From Pseudothermotoga sp. (GTDB lineage: Bacteria; Thermotogota; Thermotogae; Thermotogales; DSM-5069), in assembly GCA_031962025.1 (NCBI GenBank), contig JAVRKW010000003.1: a stretch of DNA of 64,000 bases; one strand, written 5' to 3'. Numbering within the stretch: the stretch's first letter is position 1; every line of letters starts with the position of its first letter. The position numbers and the translations under genes are program-made. The notes under the pieces were generated by a model. The model ran no database searches. It had not been told where the DNA came from and saw only the letters and a list, made by a program, of their open reading frames with translations. Shown piece by piece: positions 39,660 through 48,915 of the stretch.

Positions 39660-41965
39660 AGAATCGATTTTATATATTCGCAGTTTTTGTGATTCTTTCA
39701 CTGGTACTTGGTTATTATGGAATTGCAAATCTCACTGTTAATTCAGATCTGGCAAGCCTTGCTCCAAAAGGTGCGGATTTCTATGCCCAACAGATCGATT
39801 TTCTGGTTGAAAAACTGTCTTCTAATACCCTTACTGTGATTGCTTATACAGATGGGGATGTGAAAAGAACCAAGGTGGCACTGGAAAAACTGAAAGACAG
39901 ATTTGAGAAGACCGATTACATTGTTGAAACGATGAAACTCGATAACCCTGAGGTCTTTGTCAAATATGGATTTCTTGCCATGGATTCGAACAGCCTCAAA
40001 GGTGTAAATGATTCTTTTAACTTCAATGTCAGCAACTTTCTGGACTTTTCAGAATACAGAAAAATCGCACAATCGTTCTTGACCGTTGAACAGCTTTTAG
40101 AAGAATACGAAAAGCAAAAAGGTATAGAACAATTTACCATGGTTTCTCCCGATGAACGTGTTATCATAATCAATTTCGTTTTGAAGGATAACATCATAGA
40201 TGTTGATCGAGTGAGCAGGGCTATAATGGATCTGAAAAAGATAGCCCAGCAAGTTACGAAGGAAACGAACGTGAGATTTCTTTTCACAGGAACTGCGGTT
40301 GGTGTTTTTGAATCCAATGAGCAGGTAAGAAAAGACTTTCTTTTGACAACCGTCATATCTTTCACAGGTATATGTCTTGTGATTTATCTGGGGTATGGAA
40401 GCCTTTCGATACTGGCGATCTTACTGGTATCGATGGCTGTTGCCATGTGTATTACCCTTGGTATCACAAAGTTCCTCTTAGGTGAGATAAACATAGTGAC
40501 TTCTTTTGTCAACGCGATGGTTCTTGGTCTGGGCATCGATTATGGAATTCACATGATCACAAAGGTAACCTCCCATGCCAAGGAAGGAACAGTTGATTCT
40601 GACGCCATGCTGGTTGCGATTTCAGAATTTGTGCGTCCAGCCCTTGCTGCTCTTTTGACAACAGCAGGTGCCTTTTCTTCGATGTTTTTTGGACTGTCCA
40701 AGCCTTTTGTACAGATGGGATTGTTTGCCATCATCGGTGTGGCTGTGTTTTTTGTCACGATGCTTTTGTTCCTTCCGTCTCTTTTGATGATATTCAAACC
40801 GAAGATCAAAGAAAACAGAAGAAGGATGGATTTTTCATTTTTCATGAGGGGTAAGGTGAGAAAATCGATCAGAATTATCGTCATAGCAATGACTCTCGTT
40901 TTTATACCCCTGGGGATAATCAATCTCAAAAATTACTGGTATACCCCATCGGGGCTGGTTTCAGAAAAAGCAGAATCTTCAATAGCTTTTGAAGAGGTGA
41001 AAAGAAGTTTTCAGAAGGTTGGTTTTGGAGAAATCTGTGTCTTGGCGGATGATCTTGAGGATCTCAAGAGAATAGATTCCATAATAAGAAACTCTGGCTT
41101 TTTAATACCTCCGCTTTCTGTTTTGAACATCCTGGAATATGCTTCTGATGACGTTGTGAAGGCATTACCAAGCATGTATTCCAGCCTTTTTGAAATTGTG
41201 AATAACCCTGTACTGGTTGCTGTTTTCAAAAGAGTTGGTATGTACGGTCAAATTCTTGAAATGCTTTCGATGGTACGGAATTCGAAAAATATGCAGGACA
41301 TATTGAATGAGTTGAAAAAAGATGTCCCGATGTTTTTTTATGAAAAAGACGGCAAAACAAAGTTCGTGCTGTATACAGATACAGCCCAGGATCTTTATAA
41401 ACAAAACAGGATAAAGCAAGTCTACAACTTTTTCCAGAAAAACAATGTCAAATCCTATGGTTATCCAGCGATACTTTACAATGTGATGAACGACATGAGA
41501 GCAACGGTTTACTGGCTTTCTATGTTTGTTTCTCTGGGAGTTTTTATCATGCTGATGATAGACACAAGATCGTTGAAGATGAGTTTATTGATACTCGGTT
41601 CGGTGATAGTCTCGATTGTGGTTGCCTTTGGCATTGGATTTTTGATGGGAGTTCACACCACTTTCATGACCTTGCTTTTGATACCTATACTGGTAGGAAC
41701 GGGTGTGGACGGCTTAATTCACATGCAGCATGTTTCAAAGATTAAAGAGGCAAATGGACTTTCAAGGACTTTAAAATCGGTTACTTTCTGTACATTCACG
41801 ACTGTCGTTGCTTTTGGAAGTTTTTCACTATCTCAGGGAAAACTCCTCAAAGAATTCGGCATTTTGATGGGAGTAGGACTTTTGGTAACCTGGCTGGTGA
41901 CGATTTTCATCTCAGAGTATTTCCTTGAAGGCGGTGATGGTGTTGAGAATCGCGATGTTCACTGA
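39635..41965 (+). CDS. MMPL/RND-superfamily transporter
   Basis: Two repeats of TM + periplasmic loop + 5 TM; GLGIDYGIH and GTGVDGLIH motifs. Confidence 0.88.
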   Translation: MAFGDFVVKNRFYIFAVFVILSLVLGYYGIANLTVNSDLASLAPKGADFYAQQIDFLVEKLSSNTLTVIAYTDGDVKRTKVALEKLKDRFEKTDYIVETMKLDNPEVFVKYGFLAMDSNSLKGVNDSFNFNVSNFLDFSEYRKIAQSFLTVEQLLEEYEKQKGIEQFTMVSPDERVIIINFVLKDNIIDVDRVSRAIMDLKKIAQQVTKETNVRFLFTGTAVGVFESNEQVRKDFLLTTVISFTGICLVIYLGYGSLSILAILLVSMAVAMCITLGITKFLLGEINIVTSFVNAMVLGLGIDYGIHMITKVTSHAKEGTVDSDAMLVAISEFVRPALAALLTTAGAFSSMFFGLSKPFVQMGLFAIIGVAVFFVTMLLFLPSLLMIFKPKIKENRRRMDFSFFMRGKVRKSIRIIVIAMTLVFIPLGIINLKNYWYTPSGLVSEKAESSIAFEEVKRSFQKVGFGEICVLADDLEDLKRIDSIIRNSGFLIPPLSVLNILEYASDDVVKALPSMYSSLFEIVNNPVLVAVFKRVGMYGQILEMLSMVRNSKNMQDILNELKKDVPMFFYEKDGKTKFVLYTDTAQDLYKQNRIKQVYNFFQKNNVKSYGYPAILYNVMNDMRATVYWLSMFVSLGVFIMLMIDTRSLKMSLLILGSVIVSIVVAFGIGFLMGVHTTFMTLLLIPILVGTGVDGLIHMQHVSKIKEANGLSRTLKSVTFCTFTTVVAFGSFSLSQGKLLKEFGILMGVGLLVTWLVTIFISEYFLEGGDGVENRDVH

Positions 41966-43229
41966 TACTTATATACCGCAGGTCAACGGGGTTGCGACAT
42001 CGGTCAGTCTCTATAAAAAAGCCCTTGAGAAACTCGGGCACGAGGTTTATATAATAGCCCCAATAGGACCTGAAGAAGATACTGTTTTTACAATAGGCGG
42101 GATTCAGTTCAAGTGGGAGAAAAACCATGTGATACCCAGCAGTGGAAGGTTGCTGCCACTGCTTAATTTCACAAAACAAAAGAAGATCGAGGTGATTCAC
42201 AGCCACGCTCCTTTTGCACTTGGCTTCAGGGCTTTGACAGTTCAGAGACGATTGCAGATCCCGCATGTTCATACTTACCACACCTTACTGGTGGAGTACA
42301 GACATTATATTCCAAAGCCGCTTACTCCTTCATCAAGGAGCGTAGAAGAATTTTCTGCGTGGTTCTGCAACATGGTCAATAGGGTGATTGCACCTACTGA
42401 AAAAATAAAAGATGAATTACTCAGGTACGGTGTGACCAAGCCCGTGGATGTTATTCCGACGGGAATCGACGTGGAACTCTTTGAAGGTGCAAATGAATTT
42501 AACATAAGAAAACACCATGAAATCGACGATAGGTCCAGAATTCTTCTTTTTGTTGGAAGACTTGCGAAAGAGAAAAACGTTGTTTTTGTGATCCGGGTTT
42601 TGAAAATGCTGCTCCATAAAAACTACGATGTTCATCTGATAATCATCGGTGATGGTCCTGAAAGAGACTCCTTGGAAAAACTGGTTAGAGAACTTGATTT
42701 ACAGTCTCGTGTGACATTCACCGGTTACATGCCAAGAAAGAAACTCGCCAATTACTACAGACAGTCAGATTTATTTGTGTTTGCATCTGAAAGTGAAACT
42801 CAGGGTCTGGTGGTGCTTGAGTCACTTGCGGCAGGCACACCTGTTGTAGCGGTGGCGAAAATGGGTATAGCCGATGTCTTGGTAAATGGTCAGGGTGCGC
42901 TTTTGATTGAAGAACCAGTTCTCTCTGAGTTTGTTGAAAAAGTCGAGCAGTTGCTTTCTGATAAAGATCTCTATGAACAGATGAGAAAAGCAGGCAAAGA
43001 ATATATTGTGAAGAACTGGTCCATAGATGCAAAAGCACTTTTACTGGAAGATTCATACAGAAAAGCCATAGAAGAAGGACCATCTCAGTGTGATTTTCGC
43101 GATAATGTCTGGATTGAAATCATGCTGGAAAAGATGAAGAATATCTCTGCAAAAATCTTTGAAACCATAAACAGTGGAGGTGTGAAACGTGCTAGCGTTA
43201 AATATCTTGCTCGGTCACGTCGTGGCTGA
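41943..43229 (+). CDS. GT4 glycosyltransferase (1,2-diacylglycerol glucosyltransferase-like)
   Basis: FTDTYIPQVNGVATS, HTYHT, GRLAKEKN, ETQGLVVLESLAAG. Confidence 0.88.
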   Translation: MRIAMFTDTYIPQVNGVATSVSLYKKALEKLGHEVYIIAPIGPEEDTVFTIGGIQFKWEKNHVIPSSGRLLPLLNFTKQKKIEVIHSHAPFALGFRALTVQRRLQIPHVHTYHTLLVEYRHYIPKPLTPSSRSVEEFSAWFCNMVNRVIAPTEKIKDELLRYGVTKPVDVIPTGIDVELFEGANEFNIRKHHEIDDRSRILLFVGRLAKEKNVVFVIRVLKMLLHKNYDVHLIIIGDGPERDSLEKLVRELDLQSRVTFTGYMPRKKLANYYRQSDLFVFASESETQGLVVLESLAAGTPVVAVAKMGIADVLVNGQGALLIEEPVLSEFVEKVEQLLSDKDLYEQMRKAGKEYIVKNWSIDAKALLLEDSYRKAIEEGPSQCDFRDNVWIEIMLEKMKNISAKIFETINSGGVKRASVKYLARSRRG

Positions 43230-43818
43230 CCACGCTTTTACCAACAATGCAAAGATCAGAACTTATTCAGGCGGAAAACTGGCTGGTCACATAGCTTGGT
43301 CGGTACTGGCGATTTTAGCTTTTACCTTCGATACGCTTTTGAAATCTTTCACAGGGATTGCAATACTTGTGGGTTTTTCTTTTGTCCATGCAGTTCTTGA
43401 TTTTTTGCGGGTGAAATGGTACCGAAAAAATAAAAGAATCGTAGATCTGATTGAATTGACAGGCATTGCTGTGGCACTTGTGGTCAATTTATTTTCCGTT
43501 CGCCTGCTTCAAAACTCCTATCTTTCACCGGAGTTCATAATGTATCTTATGGGAATGAGCGTTGTTTCTGTTGGAATCACCTATATTTTTCGTAACTATT
43601 ATCCGGCAGAAGAGTTTTTACCGGATGTGGACGGCATATCTGAGAGACTGGCTATCTTTGTTTTTGTGCTTGCTTCAAAACCACTGCTTGTCGTTGCAAG
43701 CATTGCGATCGGACTGCTTTACAAACTCATATTTGTGAAAAAAGTGAATCACACCTGGTGGATCAGTCCTGCAAGCGGGATTGTTCTGAGCCTTCTGTGG
43801 AAGTGGATTATCTATTGA
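43189..43818 (+). CDS. DUF3307-like membrane protein
   Basis: LGHVVADH...H...H..LD pattern, multiple TM. Confidence 0.7.
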   Translation: MLALNILLGHVVADHAFTNNAKIRTYSGGKLAGHIAWSVLAILAFTFDTLLKSFTGIAILVGFSFVHAVLDFLRVKWYRKNKRIVDLIELTGIAVALVVNLFSVRLLQNSYLSPEFIMYLMGMSVVSVGITYIFRNYYPAEEFLPDVDGISERLAIFVFVLASKPLLVVASIAIGLLYKLIFVKKVNHTWWISPASGIVLSLLWKWIIY

Positions 43819-44531
43819 TGATAGGTGAGAAGATCATCTGGGTTGCGGCTTTGCCATCTACAAACGATTTTCTCAAAGAAAACTGGCACAGGTTGCCGCA
43901 CGGTACAGTTGTGGTCGCAGAGTACCAGACGGCAGGCAGGGGTAGATATAAAAGATACTGGCATTCACCACAGGGTGGTTTGTGGTTTTCAATTCTTTTC
44001 AAACCAAGGAAGCAGATCAAACCGACTTTTTTCACAAAAGTCAGCTGTGTTGCGGTCGCAAGGGCTCTCTCTTTTTTTGGAATAGATGCACAGATCAAAT
44101 GGCCCAACGATATCTATCATAATGGCAAGAAATTAGCAGGTATTTTGAGCGAATCTGTCTTTGAAGAAAACACACTCAGAACAGTTGTCGTGGGTATTGG
44201 CTTGAATGTCAACAACGAAATTCCAGATGAGATAAAAGATAAAGCCACAAGCCTTCGTGAAATTTCTGGCAGAGATTATGATTTGAAAGCCGTCCTCAAA
44301 ATTATCCTCAAACACATCAACCAGTTGTTGAAGCGTTATTTGAATAAACCAGAAGCCCTGACAAGGGTCTGGAAGGGTTTGTTGATTCAAAAAGAAGGGC
44401 AGAAAATAACTTTCAAATTGAACGAAACGCTTAAAACTGGAAAGATCCTCAAAATAGAAGATGAAAAAATGCTTTTGATGGTGGATGACCAGCAAATTCA
44501 GGTGAGTTCCTTAGAAGTTCTCGAGCCTTGA
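43818..44531 (+). CDS. birA: Biotin--protein ligase (no HTH)
   Basis: STND, QTAGRGR..R.W.SP, KWPNDI, KLAGIL, GIGLNV. Confidence 0.94.
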   Translation: MIGEKIIWVAALPSTNDFLKENWHRLPHGTVVVAEYQTAGRGRYKRYWHSPQGGLWFSILFKPRKQIKPTFFTKVSCVAVARALSFFGIDAQIKWPNDIYHNGKKLAGILSESVFEENTLRTVVVGIGLNVNNEIPDEIKDKATSLREISGRDYDLKAVLKIILKHINQLLKRYLNKPEALTRVWKGLLIQKEGQKITFKLNETLKTGKILKIEDEKMLLMVDDQQIQVSSLEVLEP

Positions 44532-44744
44532 CTGGCTCAATATTTCATATTCTGTTTCTGAAACCACGCGAACAACTATTTCTTTGAACGGATGTACGAT
44601 TTTAAGAATATCCTGGGGTTTAACTTCATACGAAGGTTTAACCACTCTGTTGTTCACCAGAACTTTTCCGTGCAAAAGCATTTGCTGAGCAACTGTTCTT
44701 CTTTTTATCAACCCGGTTGATTTTAGATACTTGTCTATTCTCAA
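44511..44744 (-). CDS. S4 domain RNA-binding protein (YabO/Hsp15-like)
   Basis: RIDKYLK...IKRRTVA...KPSYEVK; TTG after GGAGG. Confidence 0.88.
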   Translation of the reverse strand: MRIDKYLKSTGLIKRRTVAQQMLLHGKVLVNNRVVKPSYEVKPQDILKIVHPFKEIVVRVVSETEYEILSQSRLENF

Positions 44745-44848
44745 AGCCACACCCTCCATTTTTTATTATAATGCAGCACAGCAGTAGATGCGATTTTGAT
44801 GGCTGAATTGTGTTATAATTTTACAAACACTTATGCAGGTGAAAAATC

Positions 44849-46783
44849 ATGAAATGGCTTGTCATTTTGTGTATGACAGTTACCTGTTTTTATTTCTCAG
44901 TAACATTAAAAGTGGGGGTTTATCACAATCCTCCTTTGATCGATTTTTCAGAAAACAAAGCGTCCGGTTTGTACGCCGAAATACTCCAAAAGATATCATC
45001 ACAAAACAACTGGGATATTGAGTACGTTTTTGGTGAATTTGCCACACTACTGGAAAAGCTGAAAGACAAACAGCTTGACCTTGTGGTAGCAGTTGCTTAC
45101 ACGCAAAGTCGCGCAGAGCTGTTTGATTTCAACAGCCAGGCAGTTATACTCAACTGGGGTGTCATCTGCGTAAAAGGCACACTCAAAGGCTTACTCGATC
45201 TGCAAGACAAAATCATAGCCGTGGTTGAGAGCGACGTTTATGCACAGTATCTGAGAAAACAACTTGAAGATTTTAAGATGAACGTCAGGTATTTTTATGT
45301 CAGTGATTATGAGAAAGCCCTTGAAGCTGTTCAGAATGGTTTAGCAGATGCCTGTGTCGTGAGCCGAATCTTTGCACAGAATAATGCCCCACGGTACATG
45401 CTTCAGATAAGTGGAATAGTTTTTTCACCTGTAGAACTGAGATTTGCGTTAGCCAAAAATGCAGATAAAAATCAGATGATTATTCAGGCGATAGACGATT
45501 ATCTGTATAAAATCAAGTCTGATCAGCAGGGTTACAATCAACTGCTCGCACGTTATCTTGGTCAGTACGTGGAAAAAAATGTGATTCCAGGCTGGCTTAA
45601 AACAGTCCTGATCTCAGTAGTTGTTGTAACTGGATTGTTCATTCTTTGGACAGTTTCTTTGAGAAAGATTGTGGCAATGCGTACAGATCAACTCAATAAA
45701 GCCCTAAGGGAACTTTCCATCAAAAATGAAGAGATAATCGCAGCAGATCAGGAAATCAGAGCACAGAACGAAGAATTGCAGACCATGAACGAGGAACTTG
45801 AAAAAACCATCAAAGACCTTGAGACGGCAATTGAAAGATTCAACGAATCTATGAATCTCATTGAACAGCTTGCGGTTTTTGAAAAAGATGAAGAATTCTG
45901 CTGGAATTTTCTGACAGTTGTGAGAACTATCGTTCCAGATTGCTCGGTGGCTTTTTCATACATGAATATGTGTTATCTTCAAACAAAAAAAGGTATCAAC
46001 GTTGTTTTAACAGAAAGATCGGTAAATGAAAGTTTTCAGATCTACGACTTTGACGAAAAAGTCCATGAGACATTGAATATTGGATCAGACAAAGAGTACC
46101 TGGTCATCTTCAATCACTCAGAACACAAACTCGAGGATAAAGTCGTCAAGCTGGTGAAAAGCCTTTTCAACATAGCAAAGGTCTTTCTCAGAATAAGAGC
46201 TTATCAGACAAAAGAAAGAGATTTTGTCAAAAGGATTAATGAAGTTCTGCTCACGATTTTGAATTATCACGAATCATATACATTTGTCCATTCGACCAGA
46301 TCAAGTGATTATGCCGTGAAGGTTGCTCAGCGCATGTTTTTAGATGATGAGAGTATCAGCAGGGTTTACTGGGCAACTTTGATCCATGACATTGGAAAGA
46401 TTGCAGTACCAAGGGAGATTTTGTGCAAAAGCTCGAAATTATCGCCGGAGGAATTCGAAGCAGTCAAGATTCATCCAGTTGTGGCTGCCGATTTACTTGA
46501 AAAAGCCGGATTAAACGATATAGCAAAAATAGTAAGGCATCATCATGAGAGATACGATGGAACAGGCTATCCCGATGGTTTGAGAGCAGAGCAAATACCG
46601 ATCGAGTCCAGAATAATATCCGTTGTAGACGCATACGATGCGATGACCAGTGACAGACCGTACAGAAAAGCACTTTCAGGTGAAAAAGCAGTTGAAGAGC
46701 TGGAAAAAAACGCCGGCAGTCAGTTTGATCCATTGGTTGTGAAAATATTCATCGAGTTGTTGAAAGAATCGCACGAGGAGTGA
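44849..46783 (+). CDS. HD-GYP phosphodiesterase with periplasmic substrate-binding (SBP_bac_3-like) sensor
   Basis: Signal, SBP domain, TM, coiled coil, HDIGK, HHHERYDGTGYP, DAYDAMTSDRPYR. Confidence 0.9.
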   Translation: MKWLVILCMTVTCFYFSVTLKVGVYHNPPLIDFSENKASGLYAEILQKISSQNNWDIEYVFGEFATLLEKLKDKQLDLVVAVAYTQSRAELFDFNSQAVILNWGVICVKGTLKGLLDLQDKIIAVVESDVYAQYLRKQLEDFKMNVRYFYVSDYEKALEAVQNGLADACVVSRIFAQNNAPRYMLQISGIVFSPVELRFALAKNADKNQMIIQAIDDYLYKIKSDQQGYNQLLARYLGQYVEKNVIPGWLKTVLISVVVVTGLFILWTVSLRKIVAMRTDQLNKALRELSIKNEEIIAADQEIRAQNEELQTMNEELEKTIKDLETAIERFNESMNLIEQLAVFEKDEEFCWNFLTVVRTIVPDCSVAFSYMNMCYLQTKKGINVVLTERSVNESFQIYDFDEKVHETLNIGSDKEYLVIFNHSEHKLEDKVVKLVKSLFNIAKVFLRIRAYQTKERDFVKRINEVLLTILNYHESYTFVHSTRSSDYAVKVAQRMFLDDESISRVYWATLIHDIGKIAVPREILCKSSKLSPEEFEAVKIHPVVAADLLEKAGLNDIAKIVRHHHERYDGTGYPDGLRAEQIPIESRIISVVDAYDAMTSDRPYRKALSGEKAVEELEKNAGSQFDPLVVKIFIELLKESHEE

Positions 46784-46789
46784 TCTGGT

Positions 46790-47611
46790 TTGATCTATCT
46801 TTATCTGATAGCCACACTTTTGTTCTGGTCTTCCATGGAAGTTTTCACCAAACCGTTGATGAACCAGGTGGATCCTTTTTTTCTCACCTTTTTCAGATTT
46901 CTCGTCGGTGGTCTTTTTCTTTTGATTTTCGTACGAAGAAAAATACCTTTCAAAGATGTAATTTTACTTGCTGCAGTTGGTTCGATCAACGGTGTGCTGT
47001 CAATGTCTCTTTTACAGCTGGCTGTTAAACTATCAAACGCATCAACTGCGGCAACGCTTGTAGCCACAAATCCATTGTTTGTAACGGTGTTTTCGTTCTT
47101 ACTTGGTAAGGAAAAATTCAACTTCAAAAGGTTTTTGAGCGTTGGTGTGGGATTGATTGGAATACTGGTTCTTTCCTATGGGAAAATTGAAGGTGACAGC
47201 ATATCTGGTTTACTGTGCGGGATAGGCGCTGCGGTGACTTTTGCACTTTATGCAGTACTCATGAGGGACTTCACACTCAAGTACGGTTCTTTGAATGCCA
47301 CGGCTGTTTCGACTCTCTCATCGGGGCTTATATACGCTATCTTGCTGACTCTGGCTGGTAAGTTCAGGATACCAGAAATCAGTCTTTATCAGTGGATGAT
47401 TCTGATATATGTCGGCGTCTTTGTAACTGGTCTTGCATACGTCACTTATTTCAAAGCCATGGAAAAACTTGGACCATCTCGAACAAGCTTAGTTTTTTAC
47501 CTCAAGCCAGCCGTGGCTAGTTTTTTAGCTTTCTGGCTTCTTTCAGAACCAGTGGGTTTATTCAAAATACTCGGTACTGGTATAATTGTACTCGCACTAC
47601 TGTTGAGATGA
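46790..47611 (+). CDS. DMT/EamA family transporter
   Basis: 10-TM duplicated EamA pattern. Confidence 0.88.
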   Translation: MIYLYLIATLLFWSSMEVFTKPLMNQVDPFFLTFFRFLVGGLFLLIFVRRKIPFKDVILLAAVGSINGVLSMSLLQLAVKLSNASTAATLVATNPLFVTVFSFLLGKEKFNFKRFLSVGVGLIGILVLSYGKIEGDSISGLLCGIGAAVTFALYAVLMRDFTLKYGSLNATAVSTLSSGLIYAILLTLAGKFRIPEISLYQWMILIYVGVFVTGLAYVTYFKAMEKLGPSRTSLVFYLKPAVASFLAFWLLSEPVGLFKILGTGIIVLALLLR

Positions 47612-47621
47612 TGGAGGTGGT

Positions 47622-48911
47622 ATGGTGAAGACGGCTTTGTCTGTATTTTTTCTGGTGGTTCTGATGGTTCTTTTGAACGCCGACCAGATGGTGATGTCAC
47701 CAACCATAGGAATGATAGAAGAAGAGTTTCACGTAACTGACGCACACATAGGTTTTGTCGGTGCTGTTTTTACAGTGGTGGGTGCATTGATAAGCCTTGT
47801 GTGGGGTTATTTATCGGATAAATACAACCGAAAAAATTTGCTGATCTATTCCATACTCGTCGGAGAAATTCCATGTTTTATGACGGCTTTTTCTACATCT
47901 TTCAATCAGCTTTTTTTCTGGCGCGTACTGACCGGGATCGGTGTGGGTGCGAGCTTTCCGATAGTTTATTCACTCGTTGGAGATATGTTCGATGAAGTGA
48001 ATAGAGGAAAAGTCGTTGCCATTCTGGCATCTGCAATGTCCATAGGCTCAATCCTTGGTATGATCGTTGGTGGATTTGTCGGTCCAGCATTCGGCTGGAG
48101 GATTCCATTTATACTGGTCTCTCTTCCCAATGTTGTACTTGCACTGATCGCATTATTCGTGCTCAAAGAACCAAAACGCGGTGCTTTTGAAAAAGGCATT
48201 GGCGAACTGGTACAGGCTGGATATGCGTATCCAAAATTACCCAAGATGCAGGATTACGCCAAGCTGATAACGGTGAAAACCAACCTTTTTCTTTTCTTTC
48301 AGGGTATACTCGGTACAGTTCCATGGGGTGCGATACCGTATTTTCTGGTTGAATATTTTCGCAGAGAAAGGAATCTGTCTATCGAAACGGCTACATTCAT
48401 TTTCCTGATCTTTGGACTGGGAAATATTCTCGGTACAGTCATTGGTGGCTGGATTGGTTCAAAGCTCTACAAAATATCTAAACCGTCTGTGCCCATCTTC
48501 TGTGCAATTACCACCGCACTCGGTGTCTGGCTCACAGTTCTCACGATAGATTATTCTCCTGTGGGAACAAAAGGGCTTTTTGTTCTTGGAATACTCGGCT
48601 TGGTCGCGGCTTTGACGGATAGCCTCACAGGATCGAATGTCAAATTCATGCTTTTGAATGTCAACGAGCCACAGGATAGAGGAAGGATCTTTTCAATCTT
48701 CAACCTGACTGACTCACTTGGAACTGGAGTGGGCAGATGGATTGGCGGATCATTTTCGGTGTTGCTTGGTTCTCTTGGAGCTGCCATGAAAGTATCGGCA
48801 TATTTTTGGTTTGGCTGTTCGGTCTTTTTGTTTCTCCTGAGTTTTTATTTTGCCAAAGATGTGCAATCACTCGAACAGAAAATGATCGCACTTGGGCAGG
48901 AAAGGGGGTAA
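47622..48911 (+). CDS. MFS transporter
   Basis: GYLSDKYNRK motif A, RVLTGIGVG, 12 TM. Confidence 0.9.
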   Translation: MVKTALSVFFLVVLMVLLNADQMVMSPTIGMIEEEFHVTDAHIGFVGAVFTVVGALISLVWGYLSDKYNRKNLLIYSILVGEIPCFMTAFSTSFNQLFFWRVLTGIGVGASFPIVYSLVGDMFDEVNRGKVVAILASAMSIGSILGMIVGGFVGPAFGWRIPFILVSLPNVVLALIALFVLKEPKRGAFEKGIGELVQAGYAYPKLPKMQDYAKLITVKTNLFLFFQGILGTVPWGAIPYFLVEYFRRERNLSIETATFIFLIFGLGNILGTVIGGWIGSKLYKISKPSVPIFCAITTALGVWLTVLTIDYSPVGTKGLFVLGILGLVAALTDSLTGSNVKFMLLNVNEPQDRGRIFSIFNLTDSLGTGVGRWIGGSFSVLLGSLGAAMKVSAYFWFGCSVFLFLLSFYFAKDVQSLEQKMIALGQERG

Positions 48912-48915
48912 GTCC

